Positions 44,595 to 53,639 of a stretch of DNA of 64,000 nucleotides are shown piece by piece. The first letter of the stretch is position 1. Each line of letters begins with the position of its first letter. The position numbers and the translations under genes are program-made. The notes beneath the pieces were generated by a model that had not been told where the DNA came from, searched no databases, and was given only the letters and a program-made list of their open reading frames with translations. The stretch comes from Sulfurivirga sp. (GTDB taxonomy: Bacteria > Pseudomonadota > Gammaproteobacteria > Thiomicrospirales > Thiomicrospiraceae), in contig NZ_WFYD01000062.1 in NCBI RefSeq assembly GCF_015490265.1, positions 3,748 through 67,747 of the forward strand, given 5' to 3'.

Positions 44595-45188
44595 TCATGC
44601 ATGCAGCCAGTTCAGCCAGCCATGAGTAAGCGTGTATCCGGCACCCACCCAGAAGCCGGCCCAGAGGAGGGAGGCGACAAGGCTGCGCAGCGCGAAGGGC
44701 GCCCAGCGGATGCCGCTGATGCCGGCCATGGGAGGGGCGGCGGTGCGGCTGACCGGGTTGAACTTGGCCACCAGCAGCGCCAGCGCCAGATAGCGGTGCA
44801 GCTGGTGCTGCAGGGCGTCCACGCTTTCGTCGCGCAGGTGGAGGCGGCGTTGCAGCCAGCTTCTTGCCGGCGTGCCGATCTGCCGGCCGAGCAGGTAGCC
44901 GATCTGGTCGGCCAGTGCCGAGCCTGCGGCCGCGCTCAGCCAGACGCCGATGAAGGAGAGCTGACTCTGGTGGGCGCTGTAGCCGAGAAAGGCCAGCAGC
45001 GGCTGCACCAGAATGAGCGTGCCGATCACAGGCAGGTTTTCCACCGCCACCACCACGGCCAGTGCCATATAGAAGCTTGAGCCGTGGTGGGCGTTGAGCC
45101 AGCCAATCCAGTCGAATTCCAACGGGGTCTCCTCTGATTTTGCCGAGTGCCGGTCTGCCGCGCCGGGCGCGCGCTTGCGGCGGATCAA
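44595..45188 (-). CDS. DedA / SNARE-associated family membrane protein
   Basis: VENLPVIGTLILVQP, DQIGYLLGRQIG and LVAKFNPVSRTAAPPMAGISG are present. The first 22 codons of the track ORF run through a repeat copy. A TTG at 45122, 5 nt after GGAGA (which is part of the repeat core), is an alternative start. Confidence 0.7.
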   Translation of the reverse strand: MIRRKRAPGAADRHSAKSEETPLEFDWIGWLNAHHGSSFYMALAVVVAVENLPVIGTLILVQPLLAFLGYSAHQSQLSFIGVWLSAAAGSALADQIGYLLGRQIGTPARSWLQRRLHLRDESVDALQHQLHRYLALALLVAKFNPVSRTAAPPMAGISGIRWAPFALRSLVASLLWAGFWVGAGYTLTHGWLNWLHA

Positions 45189-45206
45189 TTATCGCCCCAT
45201 TTTTGC
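45122..45206 (+). repeat. dispersed repeat unit (forward) plus a partial second core
   Basis: The core ACGGGGTCTCCTCTGATTTTGC is at 45122-45143. A partial core ATTATCGCCCCATTTTTGC is at 45188-45206. Confidence 0.7.
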
Positions 45207-45258
45207 CGCAAGGCACGGTTGTGGCGTTAAACTCGTAAAAAAATCCGGAGTGCGATGC

Positions 45259-47826
45259 ATGGAGAAGACCGAACACGTCTATCCCTGTCTGGACAGTGAG
45301 ACGGCGGAGCAGAAGCTCAGTGAGGTCGGCCCCAACGAGATCCGCGAAAGGAGCGTGCCCGGGTGGCTGCGGCTGCTCAGGCGCTTCTGGGGGCCGATTC
45401 CGTGGATGATCGAGGTGGCGGCCATGCTCTCCGCGGCGGTGCAGCGCTGGGAGGATTTCACCATCATCATGATTCTGCTGCTGGTCAACGCCATTGTGGA
45501 TTTCTATCAGGAATCCAAGGCGCTCAGCGCGGTGGCGGCGCTGAAGAAGAAGCTGGCGCGCACGGCCATCGTCTGCCGGGACGGCCAGTGGCAGACGATT
45601 CCGGCGCGGGAGCTGGTGCCGGGGGATGTGATCCGTCTGCGCATCGGCGACATTGTGCCGGCGGACGCGAAGCTGCTGGATGGCGACTATCTGCTGGTGG
45701 ATCAGTCGGCGCTGACGGGGGAATCCCTGCCGGTGCAGAAGCGCGCAGGTGACGAGCTGTATGCCAACAGCGTCATCAAGCAGGGGGAGATGGTGGCGCA
45801 GGTGACCGCCACCGGCGCCAACACCTTCTTCGGCAAGACGGTCAAGCTGGTGGCCCGGGCGGAGCGGGAGGCGCGCAGCCACTTCCAGCGCATGGTCATC
45901 CGGGTGGGCAACTTCCTCATCGCCATCACGCTGGTGATGGTGGCCATCATCGTGGCGGTGGGGCTGTGGCGGCACGAGTCGCCCATCGAGCTGCTCATCT
46001 TCTCGCTGGTGCTGACGGTATCGGCCATTCCGGTGGCCATGCCGGCGGTGCTGACGGTGACCATGGCGGTGGGGGCCATGGCGCTGGCGCGGCGGCAGGC
46101 CATCGTCAGCCGGCTGGCGGCCATCGAGGAGCTGGCGGGCATGGACGTGCTCTGCTCCGACAAGACCGGCACTTTGACCCAGAACCGCATGACCCTGGCC
46201 GAGCCGTGGCTCTATGGCGAGCACACGGCGGAGGAACTGTTCCTCATGGCGGCGCTGGCCAGCCGACGGGAGAACAACGATCCCATCGAGCAGCCGATTT
46301 TTCAATGGCTGGAGCAGAACGGACTGAGCGAGCGGCTGAACGGCGCGCGGGTGGAAAGCTTCATTCCCTTCGACCCGGTCCGCAAGCGCACCGAGGCGAA
46401 GGTGGCGCTCGATGGCGAAACCCTCACCGTGGTCAAGGGGGCGCCGCAGGTGGTGCTGGGCCTGTGCGAGCTGCCGCTGGAGAAGCGGGAGCAGGTGCAG
46501 GCGGCCATCGATGCGCTGGCTGCAGACGGCTACCGCACGCTGGGCGTGGCGGTGAGGCGGGAGAAGAGCGACCGCTTCGACCTCATCGGCCTGATCCCGC
46601 TGTTCGACCCGCCGCGGGAGGATTCCCGCGAGGCGGTGCGGCAGGCCAAGGCGCAGGGGGTGACGGTGAAGATGGTCACCGGCGACAACCTGGCGGTGGC
46701 CCGCCACATCGCCCGCATGCTGGACATTGGCGACAACATCCTTGACGTGCGCGAGCTGCGTGGCCAGTCCATGGAGGAATATCTGGTGCTGGCGGAGGTG
46801 CTCTCCGAGGCCTTCGTCAAGGTGCTGGGGGCGGCGCGCAGCGAGGAAGAAATCCGGCGTCTGAGCCGCCAGATCGTGGAGACGGTCAAGGATGAGCTGC
46901 ATCAGCGCCCGCTGCCGAGCGGCTCGGTGCGGCGGCACGAGTCGGAGATCATCCGCCTGATCGAGCAGGCGGACGGCTTCGCGCAGGTGTTCCCTGAGGA
47001 CAAGTATTTCATCGTCGATGAGCTGCAGAAGGCGGATCACATCGTCGGCATGACCGGCGACGGGGTCAACGACGCCCCGGCGCTGAAGAAGGCCGACTGC
47101 GGCATCGCGGTGGAAGGGGCCACCGACGCAGCGCGGGCGGCGGCGGACATCGTGCTCACCCAGCCGGGGCTGAAGGTGATCGTGGAGGCGATCGATGTGG
47201 CGCGGGTCACCTTCGAGCGCATGAAGAGCTACACCATCTACCGCATCGCCGAGACGCTGCGCATCATCTTCTTCATGACGCTGGCGATCACCATCTTCCA
47301 GTTCTATCCGGTGACGGCGATCATGATCATCCTGCTGGCGCTGCTCAATGACCTGCCGATTCTGATGATCGCCACCGACAACACCCACCACCCGCAGCAC
47401 CCGGTGCGCTGGGACATGCACGAGATGCTGGTGCTCTCCAGCTGGCTGGGGCTGGCGGGGGTGGTCTCGTCCTTCACGCTGTTCTGGATCGTGATGACCT
47501 GGTTCAACCTGCCGCATGAGTTCATCCAGACGCTGTTCTTCACCAAGCTGGTGGTGGCGGGGCACAACACCATCTTCAACACCCGCATCGACACCTGGTT
47601 CTTCAGACGGCCCTGGCCTTCGGCCAAGCTGTTCTGGACTTCTCAGGCCACGGCGCTGATCGGTACGGTCATCGCCGTCTATGGCTTCGGGCTGATCACG
47701 CCCATCGGCTGGCAGTGGGCGGGCATCATCTGGGCCTACGCGCTGGCGTGGTTTGTGTTCAATGACGCGGTCAAGGTGGCGGTGGTGCGCTACTACCGCC
47801 GCAGGAAGGGGGTTGACGTGCTATGA
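45259..47826 (+). CDS. plasma-membrane-type proton-efflux P-type ATPase (type IIIA-like)
   Basis: CSDKTGTLTQNRM, MVTGDN and MTGDGVNDAPALKKADCGIAV are present. The N-terminal GPNEIRERSVPGWLRLLRRFWGPIPWMIE is typical of H+-ATPases. Confidence 0.85.
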   Translation: MEKTEHVYPCLDSETAEQKLSEVGPNEIRERSVPGWLRLLRRFWGPIPWMIEVAAMLSAAVQRWEDFTIIMILLLVNAIVDFYQESKALSAVAALKKKLARTAIVCRDGQWQTIPARELVPGDVIRLRIGDIVPADAKLLDGDYLLVDQSALTGESLPVQKRAGDELYANSVIKQGEMVAQVTATGANTFFGKTVKLVARAEREARSHFQRMVIRVGNFLIAITLVMVAIIVAVGLWRHESPIELLIFSLVLTVSAIPVAMPAVLTVTMAVGAMALARRQAIVSRLAAIEELAGMDVLCSDKTGTLTQNRMTLAEPWLYGEHTAEELFLMAALASRRENNDPIEQPIFQWLEQNGLSERLNGARVESFIPFDPVRKRTEAKVALDGETLTVVKGAPQVVLGLCELPLEKREQVQAAIDALAADGYRTLGVAVRREKSDRFDLIGLIPLFDPPREDSREAVRQAKAQGVTVKMVTGDNLAVARHIARMLDIGDNILDVRELRGQSMEEYLVLAEVLSEAFVKVLGAARSEEEIRRLSRQIVETVKDELHQRPLPSGSVRRHESEIIRLIEQADGFAQVFPEDKYFIVDELQKADHIVGMTGDGVNDAPALKKADCGIAVEGATDAARAAADIVLTQPGLKVIVEAIDVARVTFERMKSYTIYRIAETLRIIFFMTLAITIFQFYPVTAIMIILLALLNDLPILMIATDNTHHPQHPVRWDMHEMLVLSSWLGLAGVVSSFTLFWIVMTWFNLPHEFIQTLFFTKLVVAGHNTIFNTRIDTWFFRRPWPSAKLFWTSQATALIGTVIAVYGFGLITPIGWQWAGIIWAYALAWFVFNDAVKVAVVRYYRRRKGVDVL

Positions 47827-50246
47827 AGTTCATCAAGTGGTTTGCCGAGATCGGCGCGCAGGACGTGCTGGAAGTGGGGGGCAAGAACGCCAATCTGGGG
47901 GAGATGTATCGGGCGCTGACACCGCTGGGCGTGCGGGTGCCCAACGGTTTCGCCGTCACCGCGGCGGCCTACCGTCATCTGCTGGACGTGCATGGGGCCT
48001 GGGACAGGCTGCATGAACTGCTGGACGACATCGACCCCGATGATGTGGCCCAGCTGCAGCAGCGGGGGCAGGCGGCGCGGGCACTGATCCTGTCGCTGGA
48101 GCTGCCGGCAGAGATCCGGGAGGAGATTCTCGCCGGCTATGCGAAACTGCGCGAGGAGTATGGCGACACCCTGTCGCTTGCGGTGCGCAGCTCCGCCACG
48201 GCGGAGGACTCGCCCGGCGCCTCCTTCGCCGGCCAGCACGACACCTACCTGAACATTCAGGGCGATGAGGCGCTGCTGGACGCCTACCGACGCTGTCTCG
48301 CCTCCCTGTTCACCGACCGGGCCATCCACTACCGCATTGACAAGGGCATCAGCCACTTCACCACCTGGAACGCCGTTACCGTGATGAAGATGGTGCGCTC
48401 CGATGTGGGGGCCAGCGGAGTGATGTTCTCGCTGGATACGGAGACCGGCTTTCGTGACGTGGTGTTCATCAATGCCGCTTACGGTCTGGGTGAGAATGTG
48501 GTGCAGGGGGCGGTGGATCCCGACACCTTCTATGTGCACAAGCCCACCTTCGAGAAGGGGCATCGGGCGGTGCTCAAGCGTCGGCTGGGGCGCAAGCAGA
48601 TCAAGATGATCTTCTCCGACACCCTCAATACCGACAACATCGCCGTGGAGTTCACCCGCAATGTGGATACCACCCCGGAGGAGCGCCAGCGCTACGCCCT
48701 GACCGATGAGGAGGTGATGGTGCTGGCCGACTACGCCATCAAGGTGGAGCGCCATTATCGGGAGCAGGTCTATGGCCACGACCAGCCCATGGACATGGAG
48801 TGGGCCAGGGACGGGCTGGACGGGCAGCTCTACATGGTGCAGGCCCGTCCAGAGACGGTTCACTCCGTGCGCAGAGGCACGGTGCTGACCCGTTACGTGC
48901 TGGACGAGACCGGGCCGGTGCGCATCGAAGGGCTGGCGGTGGGCACGAAAATCGCCGCCGGCCCCGTGCGGGTGATCCGGGATGTGAGCGAGCTGGACAG
49001 CTTCCGGGATGGCGAAGTGCTGGTGGCCGACATCACCACGCCCGACTGGGAGCCGGTGATGCAGCGGGCCAGCGCCATCGTCACCAACCGGGGCGGGCGC
49101 ACCTGCCACGCCGCCATCGTGGCGCGGGAGCTGGGCCTGCCCGCAATCGTGGGCACGGGCAACGCCACCGAAGTGCTGCGCAATGGCGAAGAGGTGACCG
49201 TCTCCTGCGCCGAGGGCGAGGTGGGCCGCGTCTATGCCGGCCGGCTCAAATGGCATGTGGAAAAGACCGATCTCAGCCAGCTCCCCCGTCCGAAGACGGA
49301 GCTGATGCTTAACGTGGGCAATCCCGATCTGGCCTTCTCGCTGGCGGCATTGCCCGCCGACGGTGTCGGCCTTGCGCGCATGGAGTTTGTCATCAACAAC
49401 GCCATCAAGGCGCATCCCAGGGCGCTGCTGGAAATGGACCGGCTGGATGCGGACATCCGCGCCCGGATCGAGCAGCTTCTGGTGCCTTTTGATGGGGATG
49501 CCGAGCGCTTTTTCATCACCACCCTGTCGGAGGGCATCGCCACCATCGCCGCCGCCGTATGGCCCAGGCCCTGCGTGGTGCGCACTTCCGATTTCAAGTC
49601 CAACGAATACGCCCAGTTGATCGGCGGAGACGTTTTTGAGCCGCAGGAGGCCAACCCCATGCTCGGCTTCCGCGGCGCCGCCCGCTATGTGGATCCGGAC
49701 TACCGGTCCGCCTTCGCACTGGAGTGCGCCGCCATCAGGCGGGCGCGGGAGGTGATCGGCATGGACAACATCATCCCCATGATTCCCTTCTGCCGCACGG
49801 TGAAGGAGGCGGAGCAGGTGGTCGAGGTGCTGGCGGAAAATGGGTTGAAGCGGGGTGAGAACGGCCTTCAGATCTACATGATGTGCGAGATTCCCAACAA
49901 CGTCATTCAGGCCGATGCCTTCGCCCGCCATTTCGATGGCTTCAGCATCGGTTCCAACGACCTGACCCAGCTCACCCTGGGCGTGGATCGGGATTCCGAC
50001 AGGGTGGCGCGGGACTATGACGAACGTGATCCCGGCGTGCTGGAGATGATCCGTCTGGCCATCGAGGGCTGCCGCCGCAACGGCATCCATTCCAGCCTGT
50101 GCGGACAGGCCCCGTCCGACTATCCGGAAGTGGCGGAGTTTCTGGTGCGCCATGGCGTTGACGCCATCAGCCTCAACCCGGATGCCTTTCTGCTCACCTG
50201 GCAGCGAGTGGTCGAGGTGGAAAGGGCGCTGGCGGCACAGGCCTGA
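47823..50246 (+). CDS. ppsA: phosphoenolpyruvate synthase
   Basis: VGGKNANLGEM is present, with the phosphohistidine region TNRGGRTCHAAIVARELGLPAIVG and the C-terminal PEP-utilising domain GFSIGSNDLTQLTLG. The ATG overlaps the ATPase stop (ATGA). Confidence 0.95.
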   Translation: MKFIKWFAEIGAQDVLEVGGKNANLGEMYRALTPLGVRVPNGFAVTAAAYRHLLDVHGAWDRLHELLDDIDPDDVAQLQQRGQAARALILSLELPAEIREEILAGYAKLREEYGDTLSLAVRSSATAEDSPGASFAGQHDTYLNIQGDEALLDAYRRCLASLFTDRAIHYRIDKGISHFTTWNAVTVMKMVRSDVGASGVMFSLDTETGFRDVVFINAAYGLGENVVQGAVDPDTFYVHKPTFEKGHRAVLKRRLGRKQIKMIFSDTLNTDNIAVEFTRNVDTTPEERQRYALTDEEVMVLADYAIKVERHYREQVYGHDQPMDMEWARDGLDGQLYMVQARPETVHSVRRGTVLTRYVLDETGPVRIEGLAVGTKIAAGPVRVIRDVSELDSFRDGEVLVADITTPDWEPVMQRASAIVTNRGGRTCHAAIVARELGLPAIVGTGNATEVLRNGEEVTVSCAEGEVGRVYAGRLKWHVEKTDLSQLPRPKTELMLNVGNPDLAFSLAALPADGVGLARMEFVINNAIKAHPRALLEMDRLDADIRARIEQLLVPFDGDAERFFITTLSEGIATIAAAVWPRPCVVRTSDFKSNEYAQLIGGDVFEPQEANPMLGFRGAARYVDPDYRSAFALECAAIRRAREVIGMDNIIPMIPFCRTVKEAEQVVEVLAENGLKRGENGLQIYMMCEIPNNVIQADAFARHFDGFSIGSNDLTQLTLGVDRDSDRVARDYDERDPGVLEMIRLAIEGCRRNGIHSSLCGQAPSDYPEVAEFLVRHGVDAISLNPDAFLLTWQRVVEVERALAAQA

Positions 50247-50335
50247 CCGTCCTCCGGCGGCATCAGGTCGATGCCTCTTTGGGGCGGCTGGCAGGCGGGC
50301 GACCCGCCGCCGTGGGCGCTGTCAGGCCGCAAACC

Positions 50336-50700
50336 ACGGGGTCTCCCCTGATTTTGCCCGACGCCGTGTCACCGCGCTGCCAGCGCGCCGCAAAAATGCC
50401 TGCAAAAGTTGCTTCCATGCCGGAAAGGGGCCGTCAGAACGGGGTCTCCCCCGATTTTGCAGGCTGCCCGTGTCGCCCCGCTGCGGAAAACCACCGTCAT
50501 GCCGCCTCTGAAGGTTTTTTCGCCCGGAAAAGGTATGGGCAACGGGGTCTCCCCTCATTTTGGCAAGTGTCCTGCCACCGCACCGGGAAAAAATCCGCAG
50601 AAGTGGACTGTTCACGCCGGATAAGCCGGTCTGCAACGGGGTCTCCCCCATTTTTGCCGAATGCCGTCCGACCGCGCCTCGCGCGTGCCGGAAAAAACGC
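50336..50700 (+). repeat. tandem array of four dispersed repeat units (forward orientation), periods of about 103, 103 and 94 nt
   Basis: Cores are at 50336-50357, 50439-50460, 50542-50564 and 50636-50657 (ACGGGGTCTCCCC[CT][GCA][AG]TTTTG[G]C). Each is followed by a GC-rich arm ending in CCGGAAA(A). Confidence 0.9.
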
Positions 50701-50714
50701 TGCTGGGAGGCGTT

Positions 50715-51887
50715 TCAACCGGTCTTGCGCACCAGCATGGCCGCCAGCAGGATGAAGGTGCCGGAGCAGAGCAGCACCATCTCCATGCCGCCCGCCTGAT
50801 AGAGCGCGCCGGAGAGCACCGTACCCAGCAGCCGCCCGCCGGCATTGGCCATGTAGTAGAAGCCCACATCCCTGGAAACCCCATCCTCCGTGGCCATGGC
50901 CACCACCAGATAGGAGTGCACGGCGGAGTTGAGGGCGAACAGCACGCCGAACAGCGCCAGACCGATCAGCAGCGTGGCGGTGGGAGAGAGCGGAAACAGC
51001 GCCGCCATGGCGAAGGGCACGGCGGCGAGTACGAAGGCCAGCAGACTGGCGGTGCCCGCCGTGGGGTGGGGGGTCAGCCGGGCGGTCAGCCGGGGGCTGA
51101 TGCCCTGAATGAAACCGTAGCCGATGACCCAGGTGGCGAGAAAGCCGCCGCTCTCAACAAACGACCAGCCGAGCACGCCTTCCAGATAGACCGGCAGCGC
51201 CACTACGAACCATACATCCCGCGCCGAAAACAGAAAGAAGCGCGCCGCAGACAGCCAGTTGAGCGCGGCGGACTTGGAAAAAATCTCGCGGAACCGGCTT
51301 TTGGCCTTTGCCTTGCCCAGATCGGTCCTGAGCCAGATGAGCGAGCCGGTCAGCACCACCGCCAGCATGGCAGAAAGCAGCATCAGTGCCGGGCGGAAGC
51401 CGATCCACTCCAGCAGCGCCGCACCTACGAAGAAGCCCACGCCTTTCAGGGCATTCTTGGAGCCGGTCAATGCCGCCACCCAGCGATAGAGCTGGCCGGA
51501 GGCATCATCCGCCAGCAGCTTGACGCTGGATTTGGCCGACATCTTGTTGAGATCCTTGGCGATGCCGGAGAGCATCTGGGCGAACATCACCCAGGCCACG
51601 GACAGATACTGATCGGGCACGGTCAGCATCATCAGCGCCACGATCTGCAACGCCAGTCCCATGTTCATGGTGCGGTTGAGGCCATGGCGCGCCCCCAGCC
51701 AGCCGCCGACGAGGTTGGTGAACACGCCGGCCAGCTCGTAGAGGATGAACAGAGTGGCGATGGCGAACGGCGAATAGCCCAGCTGGTAGAAGTAGAACAG
51801 CACCAGCATGCGGATGGCGCCGTCGGTGATGGTGAAGGCCCAGTAGTTGCCGGTGATGAGGGCGTACTGCTTCAGCCGGGGCGACAT
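50715..51887 (-). CDS. MFS transporter, ArsJ-like (tentative family assignment)
   Basis: 390 aa with 12 TM helices. From memory, the N-terminal YALITGNYWAFTITDGAIRMLVLFYFYQLGYSPFAIATLFILYELAGVFTNLVGGWLGAR resembles the ArsJ organoarsenical efflux family. GAGGAG lies upstream of the ATG at 51887. Confidence 0.6.
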   Translation of the reverse strand: MSPRLKQYALITGNYWAFTITDGAIRMLVLFYFYQLGYSPFAIATLFILYELAGVFTNLVGGWLGARHGLNRTMNMGLALQIVALMMLTVPDQYLSVAWVMFAQMLSGIAKDLNKMSAKSSVKLLADDASGQLYRWVAALTGSKNALKGVGFFVGAALLEWIGFRPALMLLSAMLAVVLTGSLIWLRTDLGKAKAKSRFREIFSKSAALNWLSAARFFLFSARDVWFVVALPVYLEGVLGWSFVESGGFLATWVIGYGFIQGISPRLTARLTPHPTAGTASLLAFVLAAVPFAMAALFPLSPTATLLIGLALFGVLFALNSAVHSYLVVAMATEDGVSRDVGFYYMANAGGRLLGTVLSGALYQAGGMEMVLLCSGTFILLAAMLVRKTG

Positions 51888-52207
51888 GGCGTGCTCCTCA
51901 GCGCGCGGCGGCCCGGTTGAGCCGGCCCACCTTGCGCGCCAGCACCGGCGGCGGCAGAAGCCGCCTGATGGCCGCATGAATCTTCATGATGCATCTGCCT
52001 TTATTCGTTTATGCGGATAAGGGAACTCTATAAGCATGATGTATGGTGAAGCATGAACATTTTGTGACAGGGCGTCCCGGGCCGTGAGTGATGCGGGGAG
52101 ACGGACGCTGATGGCACCGTCGCTCTGGGGGGTCTAACGGCTTTTGCCGGGCACCGGGCAGGAACGCCTGTGCGGGCGGATGAGGGCGGTGGCAGAGGTC
52201 GTGCCGG

Positions 52208-52588
52208 TCAGCCCGTGCAGCCGCCCTTGCTGCACAGTGCCTGATTCAGCGCGGCGTCATCCCTCCTGAGCTGATCATCCGTCGCCTTCAGCTGGCGCAC
52301 CGCTTCCAGCGCCTGCCGCTGCCAGTCGGAGAGGTCTGGATTGAGGCGGTAGTGCATCCAGGTGCCCTGGCGTTCCGCCAGCACCAGACCGCCATTGCGC
52401 AGCAGCGACAGATGGCGTGACACCGTGCTCTGGGGCAGTCCCAGCACGCTCACCAGATCGCACACGCAGTGGCTTTCGCCATCCATCAGCAGGGCGACCA
52501 GCCGCAGCCGCACCGGCTCGCTCAGCAGTTTGAAGAACCCGCTTGCCTGTTCCATCATTTTGTCTTTTCCCGGAAACGGTGTGTCCAT
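52208..52588 (-). CDS. arsR: ArsR/SmtB-family metalloregulator
   Basis: The wHTH reads FKLLSEPVRLRLVALLMDGESHCVCDLVSVLGLPQSTVSRHLSLLRNGGLV and carries the CVCDL metalloid-binding motif. An extra Cys pair lies at the C-terminus (LCSKGGCTG). The start could instead be at the MMEQ methionines (52558/52555). Confidence 0.85.
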   Translation of the reverse strand: MDTPFPGKDKMMEQASGFFKLLSEPVRLRLVALLMDGESHCVCDLVSVLGLPQSTVSRHLSLLRNGGLVLAERQGTWMHYRLNPDLSDWQRQALEAVRQLKATDDQLRRDDAALNQALCSKGGCTG

Positions 52589-52676
52589 ATTGTGTCATAC
52601 CGGATTTGTTCTTGCATATATCCGCATATCCGAATAAAGTAATGTCATACCTTGTCATCACGGAGGACGCTGATCC
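52589..52676. promoter_or_regulatory. divergent arsR / permease control region with repeated motifs (candidate ArsR operator)
   Basis: It is AT-richer than its surroundings. TGTCATACC occurs at 52593-52601 and 52643-52651. A tandem GCATATATCC/GCATATCC lies at 52614-52631. GGAGGA lies 9 nt upstream of the permease ATG. Confidence 0.35.
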
Positions 52677-53639
52677 ATGTTTCAGGCACTGGGCGACTGG
52701 GTCGCCTACTCGCTGCTGGGACTGAGTCCGGAGAGTCATCTGGGCCAGGCGGTGCAGTTCTTCGTCATGGACACCGCCAAGATTTTCTTCCTGCTGGTGG
52801 TGATCATCTACGTGATGGGGCTGCTGCGGGCCATGGTGTCACCGGAGCGGGTACGCGAGTATCTGCGCGGCAAGCCGGTGTGGCTGCAGCGTGCGCTGGC
52901 CATCACGCTGGGGGCGATCACCCCCTTCTGTTCCTGTTCCTCCATTCCGCTGTTCATCGGCTTCGTAGAGGCGGGCATTCCGCTGGGAGTCACCTTCTCG
53001 TTTCTGATCGCCAGCCCCATGATCAACGAGGTGGCGGTGGTGCTGCTGGCCACCATCGTCGGCTGGAAGATCGCCGTCCTCTATGTCATCGCCGGCATGG
53101 TGGTGGCCTGGTTCGGCGGCATCATCCTGCAGAAGATGAAGCCGGAGCGCTGGGTGGAAGAGTATGTGTGGAAGATCCACATGGGCGAAACCCCGGCCAT
53201 CGAGCAGGACACCTCGCTGGCGGGCCGCCACCGCTTCGCCATGCAGGAGGTGAAGGAGATCGTCGGACGCATCTGGAAATGGGTGCTGGCTGGCGTGGCG
53301 CTGGGGGCGCTGTTCCACGGCTTCGTGCCCCAGAGCTGGGTGAGCGAACACCTCTCCGGCGGCGACTGGTGGTCGGTGCCGGCGGTGGTCATCCTCGGCG
53401 TGCCGCTCTATTCCAACGCCACCGGTGTGGTGCCGGTGGTGGAGGCCTTGCTCAGCAAGGGCGTGCCGCTGGGCACCACGCTTGCGCTGATGATGAGCAT
53501 CGCCGCGCTCTCCCTGCCGGAGATGCTCATTCTGCGCAAGGTGATCAAACTGCCGCTGATCGCCCGGTTCGTCGCCGTGCTGGCGGTCAGCTTCATTGTG
53601 GTGGGCTATCTGTTCAACTTTCTGGAGCATCTGATATGA
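52677..53639 (+). CDS. ArsP-like permease (UPF0718 / DUF318 family)
   Basis: 320 aa, polytopic, with the characteristic TPFCSCSSIPLF motif. Confidence 0.8.
   Translation: MFQALGDWVAYSLLGLSPESHLGQAVQFFVMDTAKIFFLLVVIIYVMGLLRAMVSPERVREYLRGKPVWLQRALAITLGAITPFCSCSSIPLFIGFVEAGIPLGVTFSFLIASPMINEVAVVLLATIVGWKIAVLYVIAGMVVAWFGGIILQKMKPERWVEEYVWKIHMGETPAIEQDTSLAGRHRFAMQEVKEIVGRIWKWVLAGVALGALFHGFVPQSWVSEHLSGGDWWSVPAVVILGVPLYSNATGVVPVVEALLSKGVPLGTTLALMMSIAALSLPEMLILRKVIKLPLIARFVAVLAVSFIVVGYLFNFLEHLI

Noticed and set aside
44455-47565. Very long antisense ORFs: 1036 aa at 44455-47565(-), 786 aa at 47793-50153(-), 722 aa at 26997-29165(-), 693 aa at 6985-9066(+), 661 aa at 22165-24150(-), 516 aa at 25422-26972(-), and many others in the track.
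   Set aside because: Each lies opposite a gene with clear family motifs (P-type ATPase, ppsA, the FAD/Fe-S fusion, mutS, hisS/yfgM, der). Their translations are low-complexity and rich in R/G/A/H/Q, with no recognisable motifs. Such shadow ORFs are expected at about 65% GC.
50247-50714. Possible CRISPR array, suggested by regularly spaced repeats with a period of about 100 nt.
   Set aside because: The conserved cores are imperfect, and the spacers are homologous to each other and to copies elsewhere in the window. The period is too long, no cas genes or leader are present, and the same core occurs singly at other loci. I classed it as a tandem dispersed-repeat array.
52127-52148. Additional degenerate repeat copies: GGGGGGTCTAACGGCTTTTGCC at 52127-52148 and CGCATTTCCCCCTGTTTTCCGCC near 13160-13182.
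   Set aside because: They are too diverged from the core to distinguish from chance in GC-rich sequence. I did not count them in the copy list.
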